This document shows, one piece after another, positions 49,092-62,424 of a stretch of 64,000 nt of DNA (position 1 is its first letter; each line of letters begins with the position of its first letter). Location: positions 62,001-126,000 of the forward strand of contig NW_019028993.1 in assembly GCF_002105155.1 (NCBI RefSeq), in the 5' to 3' direction. The stretch comes from Lobosporangium transversale (lineage: Eukaryota). Under the pieces are notes generated by a model that was given only the letters and a program-made list of their open reading frames with translations, ran no database searches and was not told where the DNA came from. The translations under genes and the position numbers were made by a program.

Positions 49092-50357
49092 TCACAGGTG
49101 GCTCACTTGTTCCATTTCTTGATCGTCGTCAGCGCCTGTAGCGCAGGCGGTATTCTTCATGACATGTCGCTTGAGAGCATCGCTTCTGGTACATTTTTGT
49201 CCACAGGTCTTGCATTGGAATAAATTGCCTTGTGAGTGGCGGCTGCGCACGTGGCGCTCCAGATCATGACGGCGAGCAAAGGCCCAGCTACAGGTGTCAC
49301 CCTTCTCATTAGTTTGGGTGCAAAGAAAGGGCTTGACACCAAGATGTGTAGCACGGTGAGATCGCAGATTGAAGGGTCTAGAAAAAGTCTTGTCACATTC
49401 TGAGCATTTGTAACGAGCCTTGGCATTGGGATCATCCTTCTGCTCTTCGGGGACTACGCGATAAGCATCCTCGGATGTGACACGACGGCGGCGGCGTCTC
49501 TTGTTAGGTTGGAAACCTGGTTTTGTCGGTGATTGGACAGGCTTTCTTGGGGCAACATGGGGATAAGGCGTCACAACGTCCATGCCAAAGGTCTTTGCAG
49601 TCGAAAAGGAATCAACGGTATATCCGAGGGCGGCGGGACTGATGGATTCAACAAGTGGTGAAGGTACAATGTCGAGTCTGGGCTCCAAAGGAGATTCAGT
49701 GGGAACAATAGATTCAGCGTCAGGTGAAGCTGTATTCACAGGCTTCTTGAGCGAGGTCGGCTCAGCGCAGTTGACGTTGCTATCGGGGAAGAGCTGAAAG
49801 TCAACCATGTTCATATCTGGAATGTTGGCACGGAAGTCAAAATCAAACTCGAGAGAACCGTTCAGTTGATCAATTCCATTAAATGACTCTTCAAAGGGAG
49901 AAGCTAAGCTCATGGAGGGACTAGGACTAAAGTCATCAAATCCAAGGCCATCAAACCCATAGGGGGAGTTCACAGAACCCACAGCGGGTGAATACAAGCT
50001 CATAGAAGGTGACAACTCAGGAGTGAGGTCAAGACCGGCGGCGGCGGCGACTGCGGCAACTTGCTCATCTGAAAGAATTGTGTCTGTCCAATAGTTGCTG
50101 TTGTTAACTCCGAGGAAAGCAAGGTCGTCGTCGTCGTCGTTGTTGTTGTTGTTGTCGTCATTATTGTTGTTGAAGATGTTGAAGATGTCTTTGTGTGTAT
50201 TTGTTGTGGCGGTGTGTTCGCTTTTGCTGTTGTCGAGACAACCTTTGCTGCTGCTTTTGTTGGTGGCGTTAAGATCTACTGCAGGGACGAGAAAGGGGTT
50301 GCGGCCAAAGTCGCCAAAGATCTCCAAGCCCGAGTTCGAAAATGAGTTGGTATCCAT
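49092..50357 (-). CDS. C2H2 zinc-finger transcription factor (three C-terminal fingers); probable 5'-UTR intron at 50366-50510
   Basis: YKCSECDKTFSRPFNLRSHRATH, LGVKPF linker, C..(10)..CSWAFARRHDLERHVRSRH and FQCKTCGQKCTRSDALKRH. Basic NLS KRRRRRR and an acidic/Ser-Pro N-terminal region. Confidence 0.92.
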   Translation of the reverse strand: MDTNSFSNSGLEIFGDFGRNPFLVPAVDLNATNKSSSKGCLDNSKSEHTATTNTHKDIFNIFNNNNDDNNNNNDDDDDLAFLGVNNSNYWTDTILSDEQVAAVAAAAGLDLTPELSPSMSLYSPAVGSVNSPYGFDGLGFDDFSPSPSMSLASPFEESFNGIDQLNGSLEFDFDFRANIPDMNMVDFQLFPDSNVNCAEPTSLKKPVNTASPDAESIVPTESPLEPRLDIVPSPLVESISPAALGYTVDSFSTAKTFGMDVVTPYPHVAPRKPVQSPTKPGFQPNKRRRRRRVTSEDAYRVVPEEQKDDPNAKARYKCSECDKTFSRPFNLRSHRATHLGVKPFLCTQTNEKGDTCSWAFARRHDLERHVRSRHSQGNLFQCKTCGQKCTRSDALKRHVMKNTACATGADDDQEMEQVSHL

Positions 50358-50622
50358 GATTATAACTGTGTCGTGTAGAAAGGAAGAGGGGATTAAGGAT
50401 TAAGGATTTGGTATGATTACAGAAATAGAATGAATAGATATTAAAACAACTGTCTTTACTTGACAAAGAGGAATATAAATTATCGAAAGGGAAGATGCGA
50501 AAATACGTACGTTATTATTCTTTTTATCTTTTTTTTTATACGTTTGTATTTTTTCTTTTGTTTTTGTTTTTGTTTTTATCTTTTGTAATTTTGTGGAGTA
50601 GAGAAAAAAAAAAAAAACGGTG

Positions 50623-50658
<36 letters not shown>

Positions 50659-51817
50659 TTGAGAACAAAGCAGGCGGCAGATAGGAAGAAGAGACAGGTT
50701 GGGCCAGACAAGAAGGCAGGGAAGGCAGGAAGGCAAGCGTTGGACAGTAGACAAAAGAAAAGGTTCTCGGTCAACAACAACCAGAGAAACTGTCGAGGAC
50801 GACACACACACACTCACTCACACGCACGACGTCTGGCTCAAGGTCAGGTCGATGCGACAATGGTGGGGAGGGCGAGGTGTATGGACAAGACAAGACAAAG
50901 TGGAAGGAAAATGCCTCAAGTTGATGATTATAATAAGAATGGATGGGGGGACTGATGGATAAATGTGAATGAATGGGATGATTAAATAGAAGATCGATCT
51001 GGTGGCGCACCCGGCCAAACTTGGTTGCTATATAAAATAGAGGCGATAACGAGGCTGTCGCTTGCAGCAAATGAGGAAAGGGGAAGGGAAGGGTGGGGAA
51101 GAAAGTAGAAAAAAAAAAAAGAAAAGAAAAAAGAGAGAAAATTGGGTTTGGTCTAATGATGCTCATTTTTATACAAAAATTTTTAATTTTTGTGGCTGGC
51201 TCATTTTTATATCTTTTTTATTGCTCTGTCGACTATTGCACAAGCGATTAAAAAAAAAAAAAAAAAAAAAAAATGAATAACCCTTCCGTCAGCCCTCTTT
51301 CTATGGTGTCCCATGGTAAGAAGATCTTTAGGGAGATATGGTCTTGGCATAGAAAAAAAAAAAAAAAAAAAAAAGAATAAGAATGATAATAAAAAAGAAC
51401 GCACAGGCGCCTGGAACTCAGCGTGTTCACATTCTTATTAGTTGGAGGGTACAATCTCTCTTTTGGGGTCATCCATTTCTCACTGGCGAATCATATTGCT
51501 CAGAAATCCAGTCATAAACGCTGCGCAAAATTTTTGCACTCAAACTCACTTGCTCTTTCAATTGCACCATCTCTGCTCTTGGAATACCAGCAGCTGAAAA
51601 AGAGCAAAAAACATATAATAAGGTAGTCTAGGAATAAGAGGATGGGAAAAGATGAGAGCGGGTAATAAGGCAAAGAAGGAAAAAAAAAGGAGAAGGGTAA
51701 TGATTATCCCATGTCACTTCATTTGTGATGATGATTGCTACTCTTATCCGAAACACACATAAACTTTCATCACCTTCATGCCCACATTTGTCTTGAATAC
51801 AATAATACTGTAAAGAA

Positions 51818-51850
<33 letters not shown>

Positions 51851-52325
51851 TACTGTACTCTTTTTTGCCTTCATAGCAGAGCTTCATAAAGAAGGCATAT
51901 GGGTTAATAGATGAATAAATGCAAGTAATGTGGAGTAGGGATGTTCCTGCCTCTTGCATTGCTGCACTGCCTCATACTGCATTTGTCAGAAATTTTTTTT
52001 CTACTATGCGCCAAATGCTGAGCACTTAACAATGGAGATTCCAGTGACTTCATTGGCTGAATTGCTTTTTAAGATAGAAAAAACTCAATTGCTCTCTCTC
52101 TCTCTCCATCGAATATCAGCACCATTTTATTTTAAATTCGTGAAATGAGAATGAAGGAGTGTGGTAGGCAACATTACTAGTCTGTATTTGTATTTTGGGA
52201 GGATACCAATAGGCTTACATGTAACAAAAAAAAAAAGAAAAAAGAAAAGACCAATTGGAATAGACATTGAAACAGCTAACAACTAATAGTAGTTCAATAT
52301 CAAAACAAAAATGGCATGAAGAAAT

Positions 52326-54978
52326 TTACTCCATGTTGGCTTTACGCTGCTGTCTCGACCTGAATAAATCATATTCTGGTGGACGATTCACCCCTGGCAT
52401 GTGGTTGTTACGGAAATCTCCTCCGACATTACCCCCACCAGCCCCGCCCAGATCGTCATCATAATCCCGTCCTTTTCTTTTCATCCCTCCTCGCATACCT
52501 CCAGGCCCTCCACGTGACCTAAAGCTCCCACGGTCTCCACGACCGCCGCGCTCACCTCGTTGGTCTCTATCCCTATCCCGATTGTGAAAGTCTCGGTCAC
52601 GGTCCCCACGGTAACCGGTATTGCCCATGTCACGGCCTGGTAGCGGACCCCTTCCTCCATCTCGATGAATATCATTGTGTGGTGTGAGGCCTGGCCCTGG
52701 AACAGGTTGTGGTGGCATACCCGGTACTGGTACTGGCGGTGGAACAATCATGGCCTGTCCTGGCGGGATCTGTGCCACCCTAATAAGCTCTAGAATATCA
52801 TGAGGCGCTAAGACTGGACCATTGAAGCTGGAGGCCGAAGGTAAATTAGATAAAAAGAAGGCCACAGCCTCAGGAATCAATCCATGGGGTCCCGCAGTCC
52901 ATCCAGGAACAGATAACGGAGGTGGGTGTTGTTGGATTGGTGGCTGCGGCGGCGGCGGCAACACTGGAGGATTAGACTGATGAGATGGCGAATTCATAGC
53001 TTGAGGTGGGATTGGAGAAGGCGCATGGGGTGGTAAGAGAGGTTTTGGAGCAAAACCTGGCCCACCAGGGACGGGAACATCCCGCATCTCCGCATCGCGG
53101 GCATCCCGATCTCTGTCTCCGCCTCCTGCATGGGGATGTGCATGTGGTACTGTATCCATACCACCTGGCCTTACATTGGCCTCCCTCTCCCTTTCCCTTT
53201 CACGTGCTGCGGCTGTTGCAGATGATTTGATCATTTCAGGATAGACTCTATAAGTATTCCACATGGCGAAGTCTGGTCTAGGGTACAAGTCAGCATGAAC
53301 AGGCTCCATCAAGGGTCGGCGCCCAGCTCGATAAGCTTTATCCAGATTAACGGGTGGAGGGGGCGGAAAGTCGCTTGAAAAATCCGTCAATGCTGGTACA
53401 TGGATATTCTTACGGACTACAATATTCATAATGCGAAGAAGGAAAAAAAAAAAAAAAAAAAAAGTCAAATCAAAGAACACTCTAGATGCTTTCTTCATTT
53501 TTTTCATTTTTTTCATTTTTTTCTTATACATAGTAGAGAACTTACTGCTGAGACCCATATCCATTTCCTCAATAACCTTGAGGTCATTAAAACTATATCT
53601 AGCCACAAACCGATCAAGCACAGAATCTTCCGGATACACCTCCCTGCGTCTCTTTTCCACCTTTGCGATCGCTGCAAGATCACCATACTTGTTCTCATAT
53701 TCTGAAAACTTCTCCCAGAGAGGACGCGCCGTATCAGGTGACATGTTGATCAATGCACGCTCAAAGAGTGCTCTTGCATTGCTATCATCGTTCAGTTGAA
53801 TTAAGAATTCCAGATATTGATCCACATAATCGGTCTCATCACTGAATGACTTGTATCCAAGCTCAAAAACCTTTCCTGCAATCGATGCATCCTTGGTGCA
53901 ATGGTACTCCATCAGAGCTGCAGCAATATATACCTGATATGGGCACCCGCTTGAGCGACGTGCACGGCTGAAGATCTGTCTCCATTGTGATGTCCCTTCT
54001 GTCCGACGTACAAACTGCATAAACATGATCCAGGCAAGTCCACATCCCTTGACCATCTCATCCACCTCCCGTCGGGCCAACTTTTCATACTGTAAAAGCT
54101 CCTTGGTGCGCTTCTTTAGCTCATCACGTTCACGTTCTCTCACCTCTCCATCGACTTCCTCAATATCGCGAACCTTCTTACCAGAGGTCAGTCCACTATC
54201 CAAAAGCTGTTGCTCAGCCTGCAACGCTAATTTGGCCGCCTGGACTTCCTCATTCACTTTATTATTCATATCATCGATCTTGTCCGTTAGGTTCTTGACC
54301 AATGTCTCAAAAACTGCCCTGCTTTCCTTAAAATTCTTACGGTTCTCTTCTAGTTCTGCACAAGCGAAATGAAGCAGAAAACTAGTAGGAAGAATTTCAC
54401 AACCATTTTTCAAGAGTGCTACGGCCTCATCAACACGTCCCACTTCTTGAAAATACGTTGCTGCCTCAAACCAAATCTCTGGATAGAACCGCATGGACAT
54501 CAGCGCTTGCTTATAGGTCCATATGACACGGTTTGACAACGCGGCTGGGTCTTCCAGATTGAGTGGATTAGATTTCTCCCATCGAATATAACGCTTCCAC
54601 TGTTCCAATTGATGTAACTCACGTTCAGTCCACTTCACAGGTCGAGGAAGCATATTCTTGTTGATTCCATCTGTCAATTTGCGAAGCTCTTTCCACATCA
54701 TGCGCGCTGTCATGTAACCTGCAGAACGCTCCAGAAGAAATTTCTTGGCTGTCAATTTATTGAGACCATTCTCAAATGAGTCATAATCTCTCCAGATGTT
54801 TTCAATGTTATTAAGTGGGATACAAACTGCCTTTTGGTACACACGACGCATAGCATCCATCTTTTGCTGCTCCTCCCATGTGTTTTGGACCTAAAAAGAA
54901 GAACAATATATTGATACAACATGGTCAATCAATAAATGATAGGACTATACAATCAAAGAGAGATTGATCCAACTTTTT

Positions 54979-55013
<35 letters not shown>

Positions 55014-55321
55014 ATCAACATAATACTATTGTTAAAACTTACCAGACCCGATTTTAGAAAAAAAATATAGTCCGCCCAGATAGGTCCAGAATCCCGATCA
55101 AGACCCACATGCTGAAGTACAAAGTCATAGGCTTTTGTGATGATGTCTCTAGATTCAGGGCCAGTATTGATACGACGAATGTAATTCAGATAGTACTTCC
55201 AAAGATCCACAGATAAAACAGATCTGAGGCAACGTTGAAAGATGTTTTCAACCTCAGTAAAATGTTGATTCTTGAGCTCAAACTCGGCATATTGGATCCA
55301 ATACCTAGACTAATTTATCAT

Positions 55322-55354
<33 letters not shown>

Positions 55355-56310
55355 AAAAAGCAGACACAATAATCCCAGGCAATGCGCAGGATAACAATCA
55401 TGTCGAGTATATTTTTTTTTTTTGTATATTTATTGAGTTCAAGGCCGGTAAATAAACATGAAAGATAATGAATGAAAATGACAGATGTTGCAGAAATGAA
55501 ATAGAAAAAGAAAAAGAGAAAGAGAAAAAAAAAAAAAAAAAAAAAAAAATAGAAATATCAAGTTGGTTACTAAGCATGATCTGTTTTCATCATAGCCCAT
55601 TGCGGCGGATCGAGTTGTAATCATAAATAAAACAATCGATAGACAAGTTGATACGATCCATAACATTGCAATACTCAATGTTTCAAGGCATAGTGAAGCT
55701 ATTCTTGCTGATATTTTTTTTTTTTATTATCATTATCATTATTATGTTGCGAGCTGTCAACTGGATCTTTTCTTTTTCTTTTTTTCTTTTTTTCTTTTTT
55801 TTTTTTTTTTTTTTTTTTCTTCTTCTTCTTCTTCTTTGACAGCTCAAAGGGCGATTCCTAGCAATAGAGTCGGCTGACCAATTGCGGAGAAATCATACTC
55901 GAATGCTTCACTTTTTCCTGTCTTATTGAACAATATCCAATCCTGAGATAGAGAGCATCTTGAGACCAAAATGAAAATGAAAAAGAAAAGGCTGACAGAC
56001 TTACCGAAGTCGGATAAACCTTGAGAAACCTTTCATATACATCCCTCACCCTCTTAACTTCACCTTCTCTCTCGGCTTCATTCAACAGTGTCAACCAAGC
56101 ATCTGCGTCATAAGGATCTTCAGCAATAGCCTGTTCCAGTCCATCCGTCAGTTCTGGCTTCTTATTAGGATCTGTAGTGGACAAGGTGCTTTCACCTCCA
56201 TTGACATTATGCTGCTGTGGAGTCAAACTACCCTCTACAGAACTCGCCCGTGAAGGCTGATTGGAGCCCGATGCTGGAGATTTGGTCTCATTGAGAACAG
56301 GCAAATCCAT
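52326..56310 (-). CDS. RNA14: mRNA 3'-end processing factor Rna14/CstF-77 (HAT repeats). Exons 56310-56005, 55309-55043, 54890-53546, 53416-52326
   Basis: DPYDADAWL..L, YERFLKVYPTS|SRYWIQY, IFQRCL, VDLWKYYLNYIRR, IRWEKSNPL, AALMEYHC.KD..IAGKVFELG and NARALFERAL. Pro/RG-rich tail ending YDLFRSRQQRK. Confidence 0.95.
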
Positions 56311-56569
56311 TGAACCAAAAATGAAAAATAAACAAAATAAACAAACAGCAGATAAGCAGATAATTAAACAGACAACCAGACAACCAGACAAATGCAACTG
56401 TGCACAGCTGTAGGATAGAACAAAAAATAAAAGATGACAATATTATTAAAGGCTGATCGCTATAATGAGAGTGAAGAGAGATGATGATCAGAGGAGAATG
56501 CAAAAAGGGGGTAGAGAAGAAGAGATGGATGGCCCACAGAAGCTAAATTGTTTTTTATAAAAAAAGAAG

Positions 56570-56602
<33 letters not shown>

Positions 56603-56704
56603 CAAATGACGTCGATTTTTCATTTCCCACAAATAGTCACTTTATGTCTTTCTTACGCTTCTTCCATCCACAACTCACGCCTTTATTCTCCTCATTTCTT
56701 TATA

Positions 56705-57702
56705 ATGGTATGACTTCCACCTACAATCGCACTATTGCCTTTCTATACCCTCAACTGCTGACAAGCTTACTTACAACAGGAGCGTATTCTGTCTATCCAT
56801 ATTGACATCTAGGCCAATTCATCACAGAAAAAGATTGCACATGAGAATGCAAAAGCATTACTCTCCCTTCGCAAGGGATTCATCTGGGTCAATGTAAGTA
56901 AAGCTTTCGCCCCCTTTCCTCCCTTTTCTTAACAATAGAAGCCTCCTTAGTCTTACTCCTACATTGCATTTTTATTTTGTTTTATTTTACCTATGTATAT
57001 TTTTACATACTGAGTATTTTTCTTTTTTTTTTTTCCTTTTTTATACAAATGTCTGCACTTAGGCGTTCTACATCTTTTACAGGATCATCTATAACTGGAG
57101 TACATTTGGTCTCAAACTTGGCTTTGGATACATTGCAACTGCAGGGCTAAGCATCTTTCTCTACACTCAAATTAATGCCATGGGTCGACCCCGTTACAAC
57201 TCCAGGGGTGAATTGGCAGATGCCGGTCAGGATCTTTCACAGGAAGGTCTTGTTCAGTAAGTCTTTTTTGTTTTTCGCTCTCGCTCAGATCAGCCAATTA
57301 AAATTCAGTTCGTTCCCAACGATTAAGATTGACATGGAAACTTGGCGAATTTTAATTTATTCTGCATTTGTCATTTTATATGACCAAAAAAACACCGTTC
57401 TCCCCACGCAAAATGCTCTTATTTCATGAATGAGCTTGATATTACACCTGCTTTATATCCTATGCTCAACATGCATAGGCACCTTTCCTTGGTAGTGATA
57501 GCGACTTGCATATATTTCAAGACACCATTAGACTAACTTTTTTTTTTTTTTAATGTTAGATATGCATTTGATATCATCTATGTGACCTGGTTCGTCCATG
57601 TTACATCTGCCTTCTGGTCCAAAATGTGGTGGTTCTATCTATCTGTAAGTGTCTTTGTCTAACTCGTCCATATACCTTACTTGTCGATCGACATCATTCT
57701 CA

Positions 57703-57734
<32 letters not shown>

Positions 57735-57936
57735 TCCTTTTCATCTGCTATAGATCCCCGCATATGCTGGATGGAAAGCTTGGCAGTTGGCAGTAAAGCC
57801 AATGTTGGCTCGCAGCGGAATGGGCGTTCCTAGCGGTGCTGCTGAAGCCTCTGGAAGCACAGAGGGCACAAAGTCAAAGAGACGTGAAAAGATGGAGAAA
57901 CGTGCAGAGAAGGGTCCTCAGGTCCGCTACCGTTAA
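56705..57936 (+). CDS. SND2: SRP-independent targeting protein Snd2/TMEM208 (DUF788). Exons 56705-56707, 56813-56893, 57063-57256, 57560-57644, 57754-57936
   Basis: Spliced translation M|ANSSQKKIAHENAKAL...GRPRYNSRGELADAGQDLSQEGLVQ|YAFDIIYVTWFVH...WWFYLS|IPAY..WK...KSKRREKMEKR...QVRYR*. All introns are GT..AG and frame-consistent. Confidence 0.92.
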
Positions 57937-58090
57937 AAAAAAAAAAAAAAAAAAAAGTTTAAAAAAGCTTTGGCTTGTTTTTTTTTTTTTTTTTGCATCA
58001 ATAGAAGAAGAACTTAGTCATAGTAGTTTGGTAGTTAAGGTAGTAAGTAATATTTCCCCACTTTGTAATAATATATATCTCTCTACTTTT

Positions 58091-59837
58091 CTACACAAGC
58101 TCAAAGTATCGCTTTGTCTCCCATGTGGTCACAGCTGTCTCCCACAATCGATACTCATTCAACCTTGTGGCGCCATAATGATCTACAAAAGCATCTCCAA
58201 GGATCTCTCTTGCAATCGATCCTTTCTCCAACATCTTTAATGCAGACTCTTGCAATGATTTCGGTAGCCTCTCTGCTGGCTTGATTTCAACTCTTTGGCC
58301 TGATGTCATCGCAGCCTCTGATTGTGCCGTTGTGGGTGCAACAGGTATGGCCAATTTTTTCTTGATCCCGTAGAGTCCAGCTGCAATACAGGCCGCAATA
58401 GCCAGATGTGGATTAATGTCTGCACCTCCTACACGCATCTCCAGACGTGTACCCTTTGGCTCACATTGAGGTGGTCCAATCACACGAATGGCAGAGACGC
58501 GAGACTCGATTCCCCAAGAGACCGTGACGGGGGCCCAGTAATTCTCGACCAATCGTTTATAAGAGTTGATGTTGGGTGCAAGGATACACATGATACTGGG
58601 TAGTGCTGTGAGCAGACCGGCCATAAAATGTTTCATCAGCTCACTCATTTGATCCACACCCTCAACAGAGGTCTCCCATTCAGGTCGATCCAAACTCTTC
58701 TGCATTACTTCTGCTGCTGCACTACTATTCTTATTGCTACTATCTTCCCCATCTGACTTTGGGCTGTGAAGTTGCTGTGGCTGAGCAACTCCTCCTTCTC
58801 CTCCACCAGAGCCAGAGGCTAAGGATGCAGCAAAGAGATTTGTTTTGGTTTTGATATCTCGAATTGAAAAGTGGATGTGTCCTGAACATCCAGGTTGATC
58901 TGAATAGGGCTTGGCCATGAACGTAGGCATAATCCCTCTCTTCAATCCCAGTTGTTTGACTGAAAGCTTGAAGAGACTGGCCATATCTGCCATATTGGTT
59001 GCAGTGTCGTAACTTAGCGCAGCCTCGTACACTCCAGGCCCTAGGAAAAAAATATAAATGTTTATACAACTTTGTAAATAACAAGGCAACTAATTGTATC
59101 ATTGGCACAATTACAATTTAGTACATGTTATTATTATAATTATAATAGTTACCTGTCTCGGTATGGAAACTCTCAATGTTGATACCAAAGTCAGAACACC
59201 GATCAAAGATATCATAAAAATAGTCTTGATGAAGTGCAGGACGGAGGAGTGAGTATCCAAACATGCCGGGTGTAAGTGCTTGAGGACCTGTATGTCCTTT
59301 AGCTTCCAATGAATCAGGTGTTTCTAAAAAATAAAATAAAAAATAAAAAAGTATGCGTAGTAGAAATGTAGAAATGTTAATGTGCTGAACATACTAAATT
59401 GCTTTGACCCCCTCTTCTTCCCCCCAAACATCCTTCTGCTACATTCCAAAGTCATCATGGGGTAACAAATAATACAATACAAAAAAAAAAAAAAAAAATC
59501 CCTTTATTACCTTTGAAGTTAAAGAACTCAAACTCGGCCCCACACATCGCCTCCCATCCTAGACTTGCAAGCTCATCCGTCACTCGTTTCAAAAGCCCGC
59601 GTGGACAAACCGTCAGAGGTTCCCTCGTTTTAGGATCCAGGAACGATAACAAGAAGAATGGAATGTTATCTTCCCAAGGAATACGTCTAAACGTTGACAG
59701 ATCCGGAATTGCAATAATATCTCGGTAACCTAAAGTTATGGAAGGAATAAAAAAAAAAAAAGAAAGAAAGTTAAAAAGCTGTAATTAAAAAGCTAGGAAA
59801 TCCTTTGCAAAATAGCTCCCCTGTCATATATCTATTA

Positions 59838-59868
<31 letters not shown>

Positions 59869-60146
59869 AAAAAAAAAAAAAAAAAAGGAAACTTACCATT
59901 CTCGGCATTGGAGATACTTAGGTCTTCCTCATAAGTCTTGTCATGCATATCCCATCCAAAGACAACAGAACAAAATCCGAAGCCAGACTCGAGGACAGAC
60001 AGGAACTTGGACTTGGCCATGATCTTGCCACGCAAAATACCATCGAGATCCACGCCTGCAACTTTGACGCGGCTATCACCCTGGAGTTCGGCCTTTATCT
60101 CTTCAAGACGCGACTGCGGTGGGGGAGAGGATGGAGAGGAATGCAT
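58091..60146 (-). CDS. Type I (GSI-like) glutamine synthetase family protein, related to the FluG C-terminal domain and gamma-glutamyl ligases. Exons about 60146-59897, 59729-59511, 59323-59153, 59040-58091
   Basis: VAGVDLDGILRGK, FGFCSVVFGWD, PDLSTFRRIPW, CPRGLLK, GAEFEFF, FHTETGPGVYE, TFMAKP, GCSGHIHFS, APNINSYKRL, WAP, EMRVGGADINP and WETKRYFELV. Confidence 0.9.
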
Positions 60147-60264
60147 CCTGATGAAGAAAAAGAACAATACTTTTTTTTTCTTTTTTAGAGTAGACTGAGG
60201 AGGAGTTTAATGATTACTAATTGACACTTGGAAGATACAAGAGTTGATCGAGAAAGTAAAGTAA

Positions 60265-60365
60265 AAGATGAGAGAAGAGAGGAGAAGAGGAAGGAGAAGA
60301 AGAGGAGAAGAGGAAGGAGAAGAAGAGGAGAAGAGGAGAAGAGGAGAAAAAGAAGGAAGGAGTAA
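60265..60365. repeat. Near-pure purine tract of (GAG/GAA)-type repeats upstream of the GS-like gene
   Basis: Direct reading of the sequence. Confidence 0.8.
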
Positions 60366-60975
60366 AGGAGGACAACAACAAAGAAAAGGGATGATTGATG
60401 ACAAAAGAAACAAAAAATGTGCACGCGCATTTATCCATTCATCATTCACACATCCATGATCCAAAACCGGCGATAATTGTGTTTGGGCTGACAGAACTTG
60501 CAAAGCATGCATGATCTTTAGCGTAAGAACAATATATTATGCATGTACAAATGAGTGAATGCCAAATGAGGATGGAGTGGACAAGTCCAGTTGTTACACT
60601 GATAACTGGAATGTTCACTCATATCCAGGGGAATAGAGGACAAAAAGTCCAACATGTCATGCACTATATATAACATTATCGCAAATATAAAGGTGTATAT
60701 AAATGTATTTACATATAAATATATAATACTTGTGGGACACTTGTCCCAACAGAGAAAGGGCATTGCATTGTACGAACAAAGTTGGGCGTCATGAAATGCT
60801 TGCTAAGAATATTTCCGGCGTGCATTCATTCCCTGTCAGAGATAATGACCCTGATCTTGTTCCCTCCGCTTAAATTTACTTCATTTTTATTTATTTATTT
60901 ATTTATTTATTTATTTTTTAGTACAAACTCCATGTAACAGTATCCTATTTCAAATCAACATAAGAAAATCTCTCT

Positions 60976-62387
60976 CTACGAAACGTGGCTCCACTTCTTG
61001 CCCGAAGTGACAACAAGCTTGCGGAAAGCATCATCGCGGTGAACGACGTTTTGGAACACAGTCACGTGCCCACCCATGTCTGTCACTTCAATACCAGGCA
61101 TTGACAAAGGTCCGACTTTCATGGTTTTAGCCTAGATTTAGATTACAATATAAAGAAGAAGAAGAAGAAACCATTGTAAGAATTTGAACACTACGCGTTC
61201 CATTATTTTTTATTTTTATTTTTTTTTTTTTTTTTAATTACCTTTTTGATTTTATCAATCTCTTCCCAGGGGAGCTCCACTTCAACATCCTTTCCAAGTA
61301 ATTTTGCAGTTCGGAAGCGTAGTGCATCTTCAGCGATCATAAGTCTTCCTGGCTTGCCTCGTAGTAAACAGTGGAATTCTATACAAAGTGTTAAAAAAAA
61401 CACACACATATATACAAGACATCATTCAATAAGAAGCAGCGTCACTAACGAATAAAAAAGAAAAAAAAAAAATTTTTTTGTCGTTGTGGAATATGGTGAA
61501 AACGAAAAAAAAAAATTACCAGTTCGACCATCTGCAGTGTCATAAGGACCTGAATCTATTGACGAAGTTTCACCTTGCATCTTATTCCGGTAATCATGCA
61601 TGGCCGCGGATGCTGGTGTACGACCTCCCTCACGCAATAAAGAGCCCTTTGCGCTCTGTCCGTCATTCAAAAGTCCATCGGCGTTTGCACCCTCACCAGT
61701 AATGACCTCATTAGACACTCGACCGATCTCGGTCTCCCTCCCCTGCGACATCAGCTCAACAACAAGCTCTGCGTTTGTGGGCACGCCCCAGAGGAGCCAT
61801 TCCACAGGCGAAAACACGTGAGCGAGTCGGGGGTAAGCATCTTGGAGGGGCAACAGGATAAAAAACTCGATCCCAAGAAACAGACCAATGGATGGCATAA
61901 TCAGGAATGGGAAGAATGTAACGACAAAGATCGCTCCTATCATTCCACCAACGGCGCGCCATGTTTGCGCAGGCCTTTCCCACTGGAACAGGTTTTTGAC
62001 TCGCTCTAGATAGCAGAGGTTCTCTTCTAAGAGTGCTTGGGAGTAAGGTCCCCAGATGCTGACCATGTGAGAGCCCCAGTCGGTGAGGTCTTTGGACTTG
62101 ATCAACTCTTCTAATTGCGAACGGATCTTTATTTTTTTAGTGGAGGTCTGTTCCTTACGGATTAGATCCGCTCCAACGGGTTCTGGAACATCAAGATGTT
62201 CATCAATATTGCCAAGGAACCCGAACTTGTTATTGAGGAGCTTGAGTAGGAGCAACAAGATCAGCCCTTGTGACCATAACCCGAAAAACCAAAGTGTGAA
62301 ATATGACTGTCACAAAAGGAGAAAAAAATTAAAATTAAATTAATGCATTGATGGAATTTCGTAATTTTAAGAGAAAGTTTCAAAGAG

Positions 62388-62424
<37 letters not shown>

